Below, in pieces: positions 1 to 13,170 of a stretch of 64,000 bases of DNA (positions are counted from its first letter, which is position 1; every line of letters begins with the position of its first letter). Source of the DNA: Malacoraja senta (taxonomy: Eukaryota); contig JAXLNO010003783.1 in the NCBI GenBank assembly GCA_038087875.1, positions 62,001-126,000 on the forward strand, read 5' to 3'. The notes under the pieces were generated by a model. The model saw only the letters and a program-made list of their open reading frames with translations, was not told the origin of the DNA and made no database searches. Both the position numbers and the translations under genes were made by a program.

Positions 1-700
1 AGTCCTGGCAACATCCTTGTAAATCTTTTCTGACCAGTTTCAAGCTTGACAATATCTTTCCTATAACATGGTGCCCAGAACTGAACACAATATTCTAAAT
101 GCGGTCTCACCAACATCTTATACAACTGCAACATGACCTCCCAACTTCTGTACTCATTATTCTGACTGATGAAGGCCAATGTGCCAAAAGCCTTTTTGAC
201 CACCTTATCTACCTATGACTCGACCTTTAAGGAACCTTGCACTTGTACTCCTAGATCCCTCTCCTCTCAACACTCCCCAGAGACCGACCATTTACTGTGT
301 TAGACGTCCCAAAAAGCAACACCTCACACTTCTCTGTATTAAATTCCATCAACCATTCCTCGGCCCACTGGCCAATCGATCCAGATCCTGCTGCAATCGT
401 TCACAACCATTGTCTACCTGCAACCGTTCACAACCATCTTCACTATCTGCAAAACCACTCCCTTTTGTATCATCAGCAACCTTGCTAATCTTGCCCCGTA
501 TTATATCATCCAAATCAATTATGTAGATGACAAACAGTAACGGGCCCAGCACCGAACCCTGAGTCACACCACTAGTCACACGCCTCCAATCAGTGAAGCA
601 ACCTTCCACCATCACCCTCTGCTTCCTTCCATGGAGCCATTTGCTATCCATTCAGCTATCTCTCCTTGGATCTCATGTGATCAAATCTTCCAGAGCAGCC
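1..700 (-). mobile_element. CR1-clade LINE reverse transcriptase fragment
   Basis: ORF 349-651(-) contains QGSVLGPLLF and KVADD (degenerate FADD). Confidence 0.9.
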
Positions 701-981
701 TACCATGCGGAGCCTTTTCGAATACCTTTCTGAAATCCATGTACACAACATCTACAGCTCTGTAGAGCTTCCACAGCTTGAGTTGTGCAAAGTCATGGAG
801 AACACATCTCCGGTCAGTCAGCTAATTTCCATTGTGTTCAGTGTGTTGGACTGAGGGAAAAAATGGGATTAAAGGATGAGATTCTTTCTCCAGTTGCTGT
901 GATACATTGTAAATGGATCGATTGTAATGTGTACGAAGGAACTGCAGATACTGGTTTAAACAGAAGATAGTCATAAAAAAG

Positions 982-1120
982 CTGGAGTAACTCAGCGGGG
1001 CAGGCAGCATCTCTGGAGAGAAGAATTGAAGAAAGTCTCAACCTGAAACGTCACCCATTCCTTCTCTCCAGAGATGCTGCCTGTCCTGCTGAGTTACTCC
1101 AGCTTTATGTGTCTATCTTC
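982..1120. repeat. Head-to-head fold-back of Penelope-like element 3' ends
   Basis: gctggagtaactcagc...gcagcatctctggagagaag is followed by its reverse complement, with a degenerate hammerhead core in the middle. Confidence 0.8.
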
Positions 1121-1879
1121 AGATCGATTACAATCATGTATTGACTTTCTGCTGACTGGTTAGCACACAACAAAAGCTTTTCACTGTAAACAGCTTTCAC
1201 TATTTCACAATAAACTAAACTGAACTGAGACTATTAATACTTCATACCTGTGCATAAACCTGGGCAAATGAATTTTAAAATAATTCTTGTCTATAACCTG
1301 CTTATGTATTCAAGTGACAGTGGGTGCATTGATTCAATGGTTCAATGGTACTTTATTGTCACATATACCTGGGTTCAGTGAAATTACTTTTTGCCTACAG
1401 TTCTGTCAAACATTTACAATACACAAGGACAATCATACTTTAGTACAAGACTACAGGAAATATAGATTACATTGAGACAATACACAATTTGTATTGATTT
1501 CCACTAACATTTTGCATAAATCAAAACTCCAAAGTTATAAACAATGTAGAGATTTAACTTGACCTGATAACCTATTGCTTTGGTGGCAGCACCGGTTTGG
1601 AGCTGCAGGGTTTAGCCCACAATGTTTGGTATTAGTGTAAAGTTCATAATATCAGGATTATTCTTGCATGGAACAGACACTGGTCCACAACCCCAACTTG
1701 AATCTGATTTCATGAATTAATTGGCCATTGTACACTTGGCCAGACATTCCTTATCAAGATTACCATAAGGGACAACCTGCCCTGCCAATGTTACCTCAAA
1801 GTGACTATGAGTGTGGTGAACATGGATTGACTTGGAAAGTTTCCTGAAAGATCAGCACACATTGAAATGATAACGCAAT

Positions 1880-2190
1880 CAACTGTTATTCGATGCACAG
1901 AGACTTTGCCCAGAGTAGGGGAATCGAGGACCAGAGGACATAGGTTCAAGGTGAAGGGGAAAAAGATTTAATAGGAATCCGAGGGTCAACATTTTCACAC
2001 AAAGGCTGGTGGGTGTATGGAACAAGCTGCCAGAGGAGGTAGTTGAGGCTGGGACTATCCTATCCTTTAAGAAACAGTTAGACAATCGCAGGCAAGTGGG
2101 ACCAGTGTAGCTGGGACATTGTTGGCCGGTGTGGGCGAGTTGGGCCGAAGGACCTGTTTCCAAACTGTATCACTCTATGACTCTATGATA
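1880..2190 (+). mobile_element. CR1/HER1-type LINE 3' end
   Basis: Typical ORF2 C-terminus (acacaaaggctggtgggtgtatggaac), tail ttgggccgaaggacctgtttcc and terminal (ctctatga)n. The tail is shared with the V-SINEs. Confidence 0.8.
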
Positions 2191-3239
2191 TTATTAATAA
2201 AATTAATTAACAACAATCAAGTAGATTGTTTGAAGCTGTTCCCATTCCTTATGCAGATCCAAGTAACCCAATCAAGGTAAATCAATGTTAGGTGCCTGGA
2301 AGATGTGGAGTACTCAATAATCAAGATCTGGTACTTTAGTGACCTTCCTTCCATTATAAAGTCAAAAGTGATTGTCTGTTGTTGATTGCACAATGCTCAA
2401 TTTCATTTCCTCATTTATTCACTGCACCACAAGCTTCAACCAGTGACAAAACACACTGCAGATACGTGTCATCTAGTCCATCAGAACATTCCAAACTCAA
2501 CATCTCAAGCACAAGAACAACAAGGTCAGCAGATGTGTGGGAACCTGACCTGGGATCCATCCTGACTTAGAAATGAATCACCATTTGTTCATAATTGAGT
2601 TTGGTTTAGAGATATGTCATGCCAGCAGTTCGAAATAAACAGGTCGGGAGAGGGTAGAAGGCTGGCACAGGGGGTCAAAGAGGATGGGGTTTGTAGGATA
2701 AGGAGGACTGTGTTTTCACCGGGAGATGAGGACTCCTTCCCGTAGAAAAAGGCTTGGAGGCGGAGGCAACTGAAGAAGATCTCTACATCATGGTGAGCCC
2801 TGAATTTGTTGAGGTGGGGGCGTAGGGATACAAAGATAAGGCCTCAGTTGAAGACTGACTGTTCTGTATCAGAAGGAAGTCGGGGGGGAAGGACCCCGGA
2901 GAGCTTTACTGTATATTGTCGGGGCCAGCAGCGTAGAGGCCCAAGGCCGGAAAAGGGGCTTGCAAACCATGTGTTGATGTCTTTGGCCGACTGGTGGCCG
3001 GTGAAGAGGCGAGGATCGGCGGAGTCAATGGGCCCACGAGTGGCTAGAGTACAGGTAAAGGTTGGCGGCAAACATGGCCTGGAAGCTTTGTGGGCCGATG
3101 GTGGCATGATCAACAGTGTCAGTAGGTCAGGCCTGGAAGCTCCATTAACCATTCTTCAGCCCACTTGTCTCACTGATCACGATCCAGCTGTAATTTTTGA
3201 TAACTATGTTCACTGTTTATGATACCAACTAGGTCAATG

Positions 3240-4010
3240 TCATCTGCAAAGTTTCTAATCATGCCGCACATTTTCATCTAAGTTGCTTATATAAACCACA
3301 ATCAGCAATGGGCCCAGCACTGATCCCTGAGGGACACCTCTAGTCACAGGCCTCCAGTGTGAAAAGCACTTCCACTATCACCCTATGCTTCCATGAACGT
3401 AATTCTTTGTTTAGGCAGCTAGTTCTCCCTGAATTCCATGAGCTCTAATCATCCAGAGCAGCCTACCATGCAGAAACTTATCAAAGGCCTTGCTAAAGAC
3501 CATATGTACAATGTCTATGACCTTATCATCATCAACCTTCTTGGTTACTTTTTCCAAAAACTACCAGATTGGCGATGCATGATCTCCCACGTACAAAACC
3601 ACACTGACCAGCCCCTGTCTCTACAAATGCATATTTACCCTATCTCTCAGAATCCTGTCCGGTAACTTACCTACTGCAGATTGTAGGCCCACTGATTTAT
3701 AGTTTCTAGGCTATGCCCTGTAGTCCTTCTAACAATGATTCATATCTCTCAGTCAGGGCGCTTGCAATTTTTTCTCTAGCTCCCCACAGTGTCCTCTGAT
3801 ATATCTGATCAGGTCTGGGTGAATTATCTACTTTCATATGTCTTAGGATGTCCAGCACATCATCGGCCATAACACGGACTGTCCTCCAGACATCTCCATT
3901 TCCTGTTGCAAGCTCCCTCATCTTCAAATCTTTCTCCACAGTAAAAACAGGGGAGAAATACTCATTGAAAATCTTGCTCATCTCATGCAGCTCCTCACAG
4001 AGATGACAGC
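3240..4010 (-). mobile_element. Degenerate CR1 LINE ORF2 fragment
   Basis: ORF 3706-3981(-) reads FNEYFSPVFTVEKD...DNSPRPDQIY, typical of the CR1 ORF2 region before the RT. Confidence 0.75.
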
Positions 4011-4049
4011 TTTTATTTTCTGAGTGGATTTATTCTTTATCAAGTTACC

Positions 4050-4540
4050 CTCATTCATTTAATATAGGAGCGAAGAAGACTGTAAAAACTTGTGAACACT
4101 GCCCAGTCCATCACGGGTTCTGACCTCCCCACCATCGAAGGAAGCTCAAAAAGGCAGCAAGGATCATCAGAGACCCACACCACCCTGGCCACACACTTAT
4201 TTCACCCCTGCCATAGGGTAGAAGGTACAGGAGCCTGAAAATTGTAACGTCAGGTTCAGCAATAACTTCTACCCTACAGCCTTTAGGCTATTAAACACTA
4301 CAGCCTTAAACAAGCTCTTAACTACATAGACTATTATTGTTATTGTTGCACCATTATTGTTTGTTTTTTGTGTGTACATATGAGTGTGTGTGTGTGTATA
4401 TATATATACGAATATGGTCTCTATATATGTGTATTTGTGAGTATGTGTATACATACACACCCAGATATTTTTATTTCATGTTTCTTATATTGTTTACAGT
4501 GTACTATGTTTACATATTCTGTTGTGCTGCTGCAAGTAAG
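4050..4540 (+). mobile_element. Rex1/Babar-type LINE 3' fragment with (TG)/(TA) microsatellite
   Basis: gtccatcacgggttctgacctccccaccatcgaagg...ggtagaaggtacaggagcctg matches the other Rex1-like copies in the window. Confidence 0.7.
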
Positions 4541-4564
4541 AATGTCATTGTTCTATCTAGGACA

Positions 4565-5093
4565 TCTCTATATAACTAAAAGTCTTTGGCTTGTTTGTGC
4601 CCACGATGTGTCTGTGTGTGTGTCAATCTGGTAAATTCCTGTCTTCTTCCTAATGCTAGGCCACAGCCTTCCTATTTTCACACATCTTACTCACATTTTT
4701 CCCGTGGTGGCAATAAACATCTTCCCATCACATTTCCACCTATATTTCCGAAGTTATTAATCGTTAAATTTTAAAAACAGTTTGATTTCTTCAAACTCTT
4801 CCATTTTGGAAACAAAATCCGAGTGACTTCACAATGCACTCGCGAGGCAGGACAGGGCCACTCCAGGAGGGACGGACACTCCAGTGCTCCAACCCTCCTT
4901 CCCCCCTCCCCACCCCCCTCCAGTGCACCAATCACGATGGGCTCTCAAGCTGCCGAGTGCCACACCCCCTGCCCCCTCCCCCTCATCATGATTAAAGTGT
5001 TTTTTTAAGCCAAACGGGTTGCGTTGGGGGAACGGGTGAGTGCTGGAATATTGCGTTGGGGGAGCAGACCCAACGGGTCTGCACTTGGTCTGG
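4565..5093 (+). mobile_element. Non-autonomous Helitron (about 530 bp)
   Basis: 5' A|TC(TCTATATAACTAAAAG) at 4565. 3' hairpin CAGACCC-AAC-GGGTCTG (5065-5081), 8 nt spacer, CTGG|T end at 5093. No TSD. Confidence 0.7.
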
Positions 5094-5189
5094 TATGACA
5101 ATAAAACAATATTGATTCTTGAATGTACATAAAGTATCTTTGGATTCTTCTTTGCCAGAGTTGACAACAAAATTGATAAGTATATTAGG

Positions 5190-5455
5190 TAATGATAATT
5201 GTTATCTAAGATTACAAAATAATGTTGATCAACCGGAAAGGTATGGAGGTGAGGGGATGGGAGGTGAGGGGGGGGGGGAAGGAATGCCAGTTGAAATCTA
5301 ACTCAAACAAGTGTGATTTGATGCATTTTGGGAATTCAAATCATGACTGGCCAAATCTATTGCAGGATTGTAAATGGAGCTGTACCTTGGTGTACAATTA
5401 CATAGTTCCCTGAAAATGGCATCATAGTTTGATAGGGTAGTGAAGGGAATATATG
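5190..5455 (+). mobile_element. Degenerate CR1 ORF2 fragment
   Basis: aacaagtgtgatttgatgcattttggg (KC.LMHFG motif) plus downstream CR1-like sequence. Confidence 0.6.
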
Positions 5456-5959
5456 TCTGAAGAATCGCCTCAATCCAAAACGTCACCCATTCCTTCTCTC
5501 CAGAAATATTGCCGCTGAGTCTCTCTAGCTTTTTGTGTCTATCTTCGGTTTAAATTAGCATCTGCTGTTCATCCCTACACAGAGTATATGTTGTGCCTTG
5601 TTTCCTCAGCCATGGTACTGAGGACTAGGGTTGGGGTGTCGTGTTACAGTTGTACAGAATGTTGAACAGGCAACCATTAATCTGTCCAGGGGCTCAGCTG
5701 ATTTGTTGCACAATAGACTCTAATCCAAGTTCTGAACTCCGAAAAGAAAATCAAGAAATTCAAGTTGCCACTCATCCAGGGACTGGATAACAAAACACAT
5801 CTTAGTGTTGCTTATCTGGCTTGAGAACTCTTAACATTGATCTATTTTGCTTCATACTGTAGTCCATTTAATAAACTGGTCATCCCCAGACATCCTGTGT
5901 CCACACTTTCCCAAGGGCACCTCACCTATTTTCAGCTCTGCTCTCAACAAGTATCAATC

Positions 5960-6100
5960 ACATTATCCCTCTCTCTATCTATCATCTCTCTCCATCTCAC
6001 TATATATCTCTCTCTCTCTATCTCCCTATTTCCCTCCATCTATTTATCTCTCCATCTCTCATCCCTCAGCTCTATCTCTCTTTCCTTCATCTCTTTCATT
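5960..6100. repeat. (CT)/(CTAT) low-complexity microsatellite
   Basis: Seen directly in the sequence. Confidence 0.85.
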
Positions 6101-6337
6101 TCTGCAAATTGAAATCATTAATCAGTCTGAGAGCACTGTGTGTGACTGAATGACATCAGAGCATCAGTCCCTGAGGCATACCACTGGTCACAGGCTTCCT
6201 ATGTAAAAAAAAGAACCCTCCACTACCACTCTCTGACTCCTACCACCAAGCCAACTTTGTGTCCAATTGACTAGCTCACCCTGGATCCCATGTTTTCCAA
6301 CCTAATGGACCAGCCACCCATGTGGGGCCTTGCTGAA

Positions 6338-6650
6338 GGATGGCATGGTGGCATAGTCGTAAGGCTACTGCATTACAGTGCCAGAGATCTGGGTTCAATC
6401 CTGACTACAAGTGCTTTTCTATATGGAGTTTGTACGTTCTCTCCGTGACCTGCGTAGGTTTTCTCCAAGATCTTCGGTTTCCTCCCACACTCCAAAGACG
6501 TACAGGTTTGTACGTTAATTGGCTTGGTATAAAAGGTAAAATTACCCCTAGTGTGTGTAGGGTAGTGTTAAAATGTGGGGATCGCTGGTCGGTGCAGGCC
6601 CGGTGGGCTGTAGGGTCTGTTTCCTCACTGTATCTCTAAACGAAACTAAA
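6338..6650 (+). mobile_element. tRNA-derived V-SINE (HE1-like)
   Basis: tRNA-like head with B box GGTTCAATCC, V-domain ggagtttgtacgttctctccgtgacc and tail ctgtatctctaaac. Confidence 0.85.
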
Positions 6651-6895
6651 CATAGACAACATCTGTCATCCAATCACACACTGGGCAATTTACAAAATTC
6701 AATTAACCAACCAACTCGCATGTCTTTGAGATATAGGAGGAACGGAGCATTTGGTGGAGATCCACGTGTCATAGGGAGAACAAGAAAATGATACACGTTG
6801 TACCCGAGATCAGGATTGAATCCAAGTTGCTGTAGCAGAGGGGCACCAATTCTGCCAGTTGCCTCAATGTACTGCCTTTTAAAAAGAAAATTCAA

Positions 6896-7391
6896 AGCCT
6901 GTCCCAATGTACGAGGTAATTCAAGAGCTCTCCCGAGTTTAAAAAAAAATCAAACTCGTGGTAAGCACGTAGATGGTACGTAGCGGGTACGTCGGAGCTC
7001 GGGACATCTCCTAGCTATATTTAAGAGGGAATTAGATGTGGCCCTTGTGGCTAAAGGGATCAGGGGGTATGGAGAGAAGGCAGGTACGGGATACTGAGTT
7101 GGATGATCAGCCATGATCGTATTGAATGGCGGTGCAGGCTCGAAGGGCCGAATGGCCTACTCCTGCACCTAATTTCTATGTATCTATGTATCTAGCGGCT
7201 CGTAACGCTAACGGCAGGTACTCGGGAAACGCGGTAAGCTCGTGAAGACTCGTGAAGATTTTTCAACATGTTGAAAAAAGTCCACGAGAGCCCCAAGTAC
7301 CTACGAGCGGCTATTACCGTAATTCTCCGAGTTCGAATCAGGGGAAACTCGGGAGAACTCTTGAATTAGCTCGTACAGTGGGACAGGGCCT
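6896..7391. mobile_element. TTAA-targeting MITE (Kolobok/T2-like) interrupted by a CR1 3' end
   Basis: TIRs of about 45 bp (agcctgtcccaatgtacgag.../...ctcgtacagtgggacagggcct). TTAA at 7392-95, TCAA on the left. Confidence 0.75.
7016..7191 (+). mobile_element. CR1 LINE 3' end nested in the MITE
   Basis: CR1 3' UTR with (tatctatg)n tail. CTAGC is duplicated at 7011-15 and 7192-96. Confidence 0.85.
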
Positions 7392-7436
7392 TTAAGCTGT
7401 GTCTGCGTTGTCCATGCGCACACTCTCAGGGCAGAA

Positions 7437-7743
7437 TTAGTTTAGTTTAGTTTAGAGATACAGCATGGAAACAGGCCTTTCGGCCTACCAAATTTGCGAA
7501 GACCAATGATCCCTTTACATTGGCACTTTCCTACACACACTAGGTACAAATTACAATTTACAAACCAATTAACCTACAAACCTGTACGTCTTTGGAGTGT
7601 GGGAGGAAACTGGAGCACCCGGAGAAAACCCATGCGTTCACCCAACATACAAACTCCGTGTGGACCGCACCCATAGTCAGGATCGAACCCTGGTGTCTGG
7701 TGCTATAAGGCAGCAACTCTACCGCTGCGCCACCCTGCCGCCC
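7437..7743 (-). mobile_element. V-SINE (HE1-like), full length
   Basis: Reverse complement of head gggcggcagggtggcgcagcgg through to the tail (taaac)n. Confidence 0.9.
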
Positions 7744-8154
7744 CTAAGTATAGATATAGGGAAAGATACAGCAGCCTGAAAACCGTGACAACCAGATTCA
7801 AGAATAGTCTCTTCTCAGCAATCATCAGGCTCTTCAACACCACACAAAACTAACTTCAGCATCTATGATCATCTACGGACTGTCTTTGAATGTAATATGA
7901 ATTTAGTTTTTTGCACTATTATGATAGTCCAGTATTACAGTTATTAATTTATTGTTATATTGGTTGTTTTATATTATCTCTGTGTTATTGCAGTTACATG
8001 CAGGTGAAGCTGCAGCAAGTCAGAATTTTGTTGTTCTATTGTTGATACATATGACAATTAAACAACTCTTACCTCGCATTTGATTTTGGGTAAAGCTCAC
8101 TCCATATTACCCCCACCATACACTCAGGAAAAGTACAAGGAACAAGTACATGTT

Positions 8155-8810
8155 TAAGAAAGAACTGCAGATGCTGGAAAAATCCAAGGTAGACAAAAAT
8201 GCTGGAGAAACTCAGCAGTGAGGCAGCATCTATGGAGCAAAGGAATAGGTGACGTTTTGGGTCGAGACCCTTCTTCAGACTGATATGGGGGTGTGGGGCG
8301 GGAAGAAGAAAGGAAGAGGTGGAAATAGTAGGCTGTGGGAGAGCTTCGAAGGGGAGGGGAAGGAGGGAGAAAGCAAAGACTACCTGAAAATGGAGGTCAA
8401 TGTTCATACCGCTGGGGTGTAAACTACCCAAGCGAAAAATGATATGCTGCTCCTCCAATTTGCGGAGGGTCTTACTCTGGCCGTGGAGGAGACCCAGGAC
8501 AGAAAGGTCGGATTCTGAATGGGAGGGGGAGTTGAAGTGCTGAGCCACTGGGAGATCAGGTTGGTTAATGCGGACTGAGCGGAGGTGTTGGGCGAAGCGA
8601 TCGCCAATCCTGCGCTTGGTCTCACCGATGTAGAGCAGTTGACACCTAGAGCAGCGGATGCAATAGATGAGGTTGGAGGAGGGGCAGGTGAACTTCTGCC
8701 TCACTTGGAAAGACTGCTTAGGCCCTTGGATGGAGTCAAGGGGGGAGATAAAGCGACAAGTGTAGCATTTCCTGCGGTTGCAAGTGAAAGTGCCAGGGGA
8801 GGGGAAGGTT
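8155..8810 (-). mobile_element. Penelope-like element 3' part (GIY-YIG endonuclease and pLTR end)
   Basis: ORF 8069-8914(-) has NLIYCIRCSRCQLLYIGETKRR...QHLRSV...AQHF (GIY-YIG with CCHH). Hammerhead-like motif at about 8251-8278 with G12>A. Confidence 0.9.
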
Positions 8811-8814
8811 AAGG

Positions 8815-9190
8815 AACGGGGCTTCTTCTCTTCGACTGTAGATGAGGCTCTCAGCAGGGTCTCTTCTATATCTCGTTGCTCCGCACTCACTCCCCATCCC
8901 CCCACTCGTGACAAGTCCCCCTTGTCCTCACATTACACCCTACCAGCCGTCACATACAACAGATAATCCTCCGACATATTCGCCACCTCCAACGGGATCC
9001 CATCACTGGCCACATCTTCTCATCTTCTCCCCTTTCAGCTTTCTGAAGAGACTGCACCCTCTGTAACTCCCTGGTCAATTTGTCCCTTCCCACCCAAACC
9101 ACTCCCTCCCCTGGTACTTTCCCTTGCAACTGCAGGAAATGCTACACTTGTCGCTTTACCTCCCCCCTTAACTCCATCCAAGGACCTAGG
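8815..9190 (+). mobile_element. Penelope-like ORF fragment, back-to-back with the adjacent minus copy
   Basis: cgccacctccaacgggatc...ccctggtactttcccttgcaactgcagg is homologous to the other PLE ORFs here. Confidence 0.8.
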
Positions 9191-9984
9191 CATGCCATGC
9201 TATCCAAACAGATTGGATATACCATACACAGATATAATCAATTAAAAGGGGAATAATATCATGCAGCATAACAATCTCAGCATTGTAGCGCATCAGTTCC
9301 AGTGAGAAACACCAATGATCTCGGTGGATAGAGGTAAATCATACTTACCATAACCTACAGAAAAACTGTTCAGTAGCCAGATAACAGAGGGGAAGAAGCT
9401 GTCGCTGAGGCTGGTGGTACGTGCCTTCAATCTTCTGCACCTTCTGCCAAACGGGAGCCAAACTTATCCATGCCTTTCATAATTTTACATACTTCTATCA
9501 GGGCTCCCCTCAACTAATTGGAGCAGGGAACCAATGTAAGGACAGTTTTGGCAATGATACAAAAATAGATGAAATGGCACGGTTTAATGAGGAAAGTATG
9601 ATTTTACAACAGGATATAGATAGCTTGAGTGATTAGTCAAAACCTGGCTAATGTGTTTAATGTGGGAAACTGTGAGGTCATGCTGAAGATAGACACAAAA
9701 TGCTGGAATAACTCAGCGGGACAGGCAGCATCTCTAGATAGAAGGAATGGGTGACGTTTCAGGTCGAGACCCATTTTCGGACTGTAGAACTCTCGTTGGA
9801 GAGAGGAGAACTTCTTCAAAGTAGGCATACCTTGAGGAGATTTCTCAGTGGAGCAGCCAAATTGTGTAGGAAGGAACTGCAAATGCTGCTTCACACTGAA
9901 GGTAGACACAAAATGCTGGAGTAACTTAGCAGGACAAGCAGCATCTCTAGGTAGAATTGGTGATGTTTCGAGTCATGCTCTTTG

Positions 9985-10700
9985 GCATAAGGAATCAAGT
10001 CAGCTTGCCCCAATCAGTATCAATGGTGCCAAAGTAGAAATGGTTGAGAGCTTCAAATTCTTTGGTGTAAATATTACCAACGAACCTTGATGGACCAACC
10101 ACATTGAAGGGACAGCCAAGAAGGCACACCAATGCCTCCATTTCCTCAGACGACTGAGGAAATTTGGTATGTGTCCAATGACTCTTACCAACTTCCATAG
10201 ATGCACCATAGAAAGCATACTATCAGGTTACATCACAGCTTGTTTTCAGAATAGCTTTGCCCAAGACCACAAGATATTGCAGAGAGGTGTGGATGTAGCA
10301 CAGTCCATCACACAGACCAGACTGCCCATCATTGTCTCCATTTACACTTCCTGCCTCTTCAGGAAGACAGCCAACATAGTCAAAGACCTTTCTCACACTA
10401 GTGATTCCTTTTTTCTCCACTTCCATCAGGCAGAAGATGCAGAGCTTAAAGGTGTAGAGCACCAGACACAGGAACAGCTTCTTCTCCTCTGTTATCAGGC
10501 TTTTGAATGTTCCATGTGCTAGGACCCATTCCCAATTCTCCTTTACCTCAATATGGCCATTGGATTTTGTCTCTGGAACTGTTGCACAATAATGTTGAGA
10601 GCTATATTCTTCACTCTGTATCTTATCCTTCAGTCTGCCTATTGTACTTGCGTTTGGCTTGATAGTATTTATGTATACAACAGCAAACACAATGCTTTTC
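9985..10700 (+). mobile_element. Rex1/Babar-type LINE 3' fragment
   Basis: VEMVESFKFFGVNIT and LTNFHRCTIESILSGYITA motifs. Confidence 0.8.
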
Positions 10701-10764
10701 ACCGTACCTTGGTACACATCACAATAACAAACCTCAAGCTAAACCTTAAATGGTGGATTCTTGT

Positions 10765-11390
10765 CTAAATGGAGAGAGACTGTAACTGAGTGAAGTTCAG
10801 ATGGGATCTTGGTATTCAAGTGCATGCATCAAATTAAGTTAGTAGCAGGCCCAGTAACCAATGGAAAAAATGCAGTCTTTACTGCAAAGGGGATGGAATT
10901 TAAGAACAGGGAAGTTATATTGGAATTATGCAGGATGATAGTGAGTCAATAACTGGAAAACCGCACACAGTTTAACATTAAATAGGGTATAGGAGCATTG
11001 GATGCAGACCAGGTGAAATTCACCAAACTAAGTCAAGAGATGAAAAGGTTGTCCCATCAAGAGCGGTAAACACTTTAGGTCTGCATTCCTTGGAGTGTAG
11101 AAAGTGATGAGTGACCTTATTCACACATGCAATATCTTAAGGGGCTTTTCATGATAGATGTTGAGATGTTTCACTGGTGGGAAAGTCTAAAAACAATGGG
11201 ATACAACTACAGAATAAGGGACCAGTTGTTTAAAAGTGAGGTACATAAAAATTACTTCTTTCAGAACGGTGTGAATCGCTGGAATTCTGTGCCCAGAGGT
11301 GGTGGTGGCTAAGGCATTAGATATGCTTATGAACAGATAGAGAAATCTTTGAAAGATTCAGGCAATTTACGGTTTTGGGGTAAAGGAACA
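10765..11390 (+). mobile_element. Degenerate CR1 ORF2 C-terminus
   Basis: GYNYRIR...FKSEVHKNYFFQNGVNRWNSVP. Confidence 0.7.
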
Positions 11391-11479
11391 GAGGAGTAGT
11401 CCACTTCTGCTATTTTTACTTGTGTTGTGGACGATTACCCTCATGAATAAAGTTAGAACTTGCAACCAACATTTCAATC

Positions 11480-12000
11480 AGAGGGGCACAGCAGTGGAGT
11501 TACTTCCTTGCAGTACCTGTGACTCCGGTTTGATCCTGACTAAGGGTGCTGTCTGTACCAACTTTGTATGTTCTCTCTGTGACTGCATGGGTTTTCCCTG
11601 GTGCTTTCGTTTCCTCCCAGTTCCAAAGACCTGCAGGTTTATAGGTTAATTGGCATCTGTAAATTGTCCTATGTGTATAGGATAGAACTGTGTAGGCAGC
11701 ATGGTGACGCAAAGGGGTGGCATGGAGTAGCAGCGGTAGAGTTGCTACAGTGGCAGAGACCCAGGTTTGATCTTGACCATGGGTGCTGTATGTATGGATT
11801 TTTTACGTTCTCCCTGTGACCTGTGTGGGTTTTCTCTGGGGCTTCCAGCTTCCTCCCACACTCCAAAGACATGCAGGTTTGCAGGTTAATTGCCCCAGGT
11901 GTGTGTAGGATAGTGTTAGTGTGGGGGGATCACTGGTCAGCACAGACTCAGTGGGCCTAAGGGCCTGTTTCAAGGCTGTACCTCTAAACCAAACTAATCT
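11480..12000 (+). mobile_element. Two tandem V-SINEs (partial 11480-11700, near full 11715-12000)
   Basis: Two head plus V-domain sequences; the second ends in ctgtacctctaaac. Confidence 0.8.
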
Positions 12001-12874
12001 AAGGAGCTGAGGCCAACTGAACAGTGATCATTTTATTGAATGGTGGGACAAGTTTGGTGACTATTCTCAGGGGCTGATAGCCTACTACTGTTCTATTTCC
12101 TCCTGTTCTTGATAGTTCCCCTCATGGAGGAAACTAGACCTTGGAGGCCAAGGTTTCAAACTGAGGAGAAAATTGTTTTATTTTTCTCCCAGATGATAAC
12201 GAATCATGGGAATTTTCAACTGCAGAGTGTAGATTCATTACGTTACTGAGAAGGATGGATTTGTTTCTTTGGGAAGTTGTTGGTTACTGGCTACAGACTC
12301 TTCTGGTCATGAGTAGATCAGTCATGACCTAATTGAGCTGCAGAACAGACTTTACTCATGGCCAACAAGTACTTCATTTTTCTTGTGATCTCTACAATTA
12401 CCCACTACAATCATTGCACTCTTACTTGTTTATGATTGCACTCACGTATGGTGTATTATGACTGGATAGCATGCAAAACATGGCATTTCACCGTATTTTT
12501 GTACACATTACAATAATAAACTCAACTTTAGGGAGAAGGGAGCAGAATAATGTGGCCTCTATCAGTGGTTGAGTAATATGGACTAAAACATTGGTTTGGA
12601 CTAATTCTGCCAGTGGCTTGTGGGCCTATTCCTGCTTCTCCTTTCTTGTGTTCATGTATTTGATGTCTCTTGCTTACTGTGGTCACTGCTGTGAGTTATA
12701 ACTCCAGTAACATAAGCAAATTAGTTCAGCACTATCCGAGCAAAATTAAAAGCATTTTTAAAAATGCAGACTTAAATCTGGTGTAGTGAGGGAGAAACAC
12801 AGACATCTTTGGGTTGATTGAAATGATTTTGGTTAAGAGCTGAAATTTAAATGAATAGAAATTAACATTTTGTC

Positions 12875-13170
12875 TTTAGACTTCAGAGGTACATCACGGA
12901 AGCAGGCCCTTCGGCCCACCGAGTCCTCGCTAACTCCCCGTACAATAGTACTATACCACGACAGGTGACAATTTACAATTTTACCAAAGCAAATTATCCT
13001 AAAAACCTGTACTTCTTTGAGATGTGGGAGGAAACTGGAGCACCCAGAGAAAAACAATGCAGTCACGCATGGAGATGCAGGGAGAATGTACAAACACCGT
13101 ACAGACAGCACCGTTAGTCAGAATCGACCTGAGTCTCTGCTGCTATAGGCAGCAACTCTACCGTTGCAAC
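12875..13170 (-). mobile_element. V-SINE (HE1-like)
   Basis: ggaagcaggcccttcggcccaccgagtc...ggcagcaactctaccgttgc. Confidence 0.8.
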
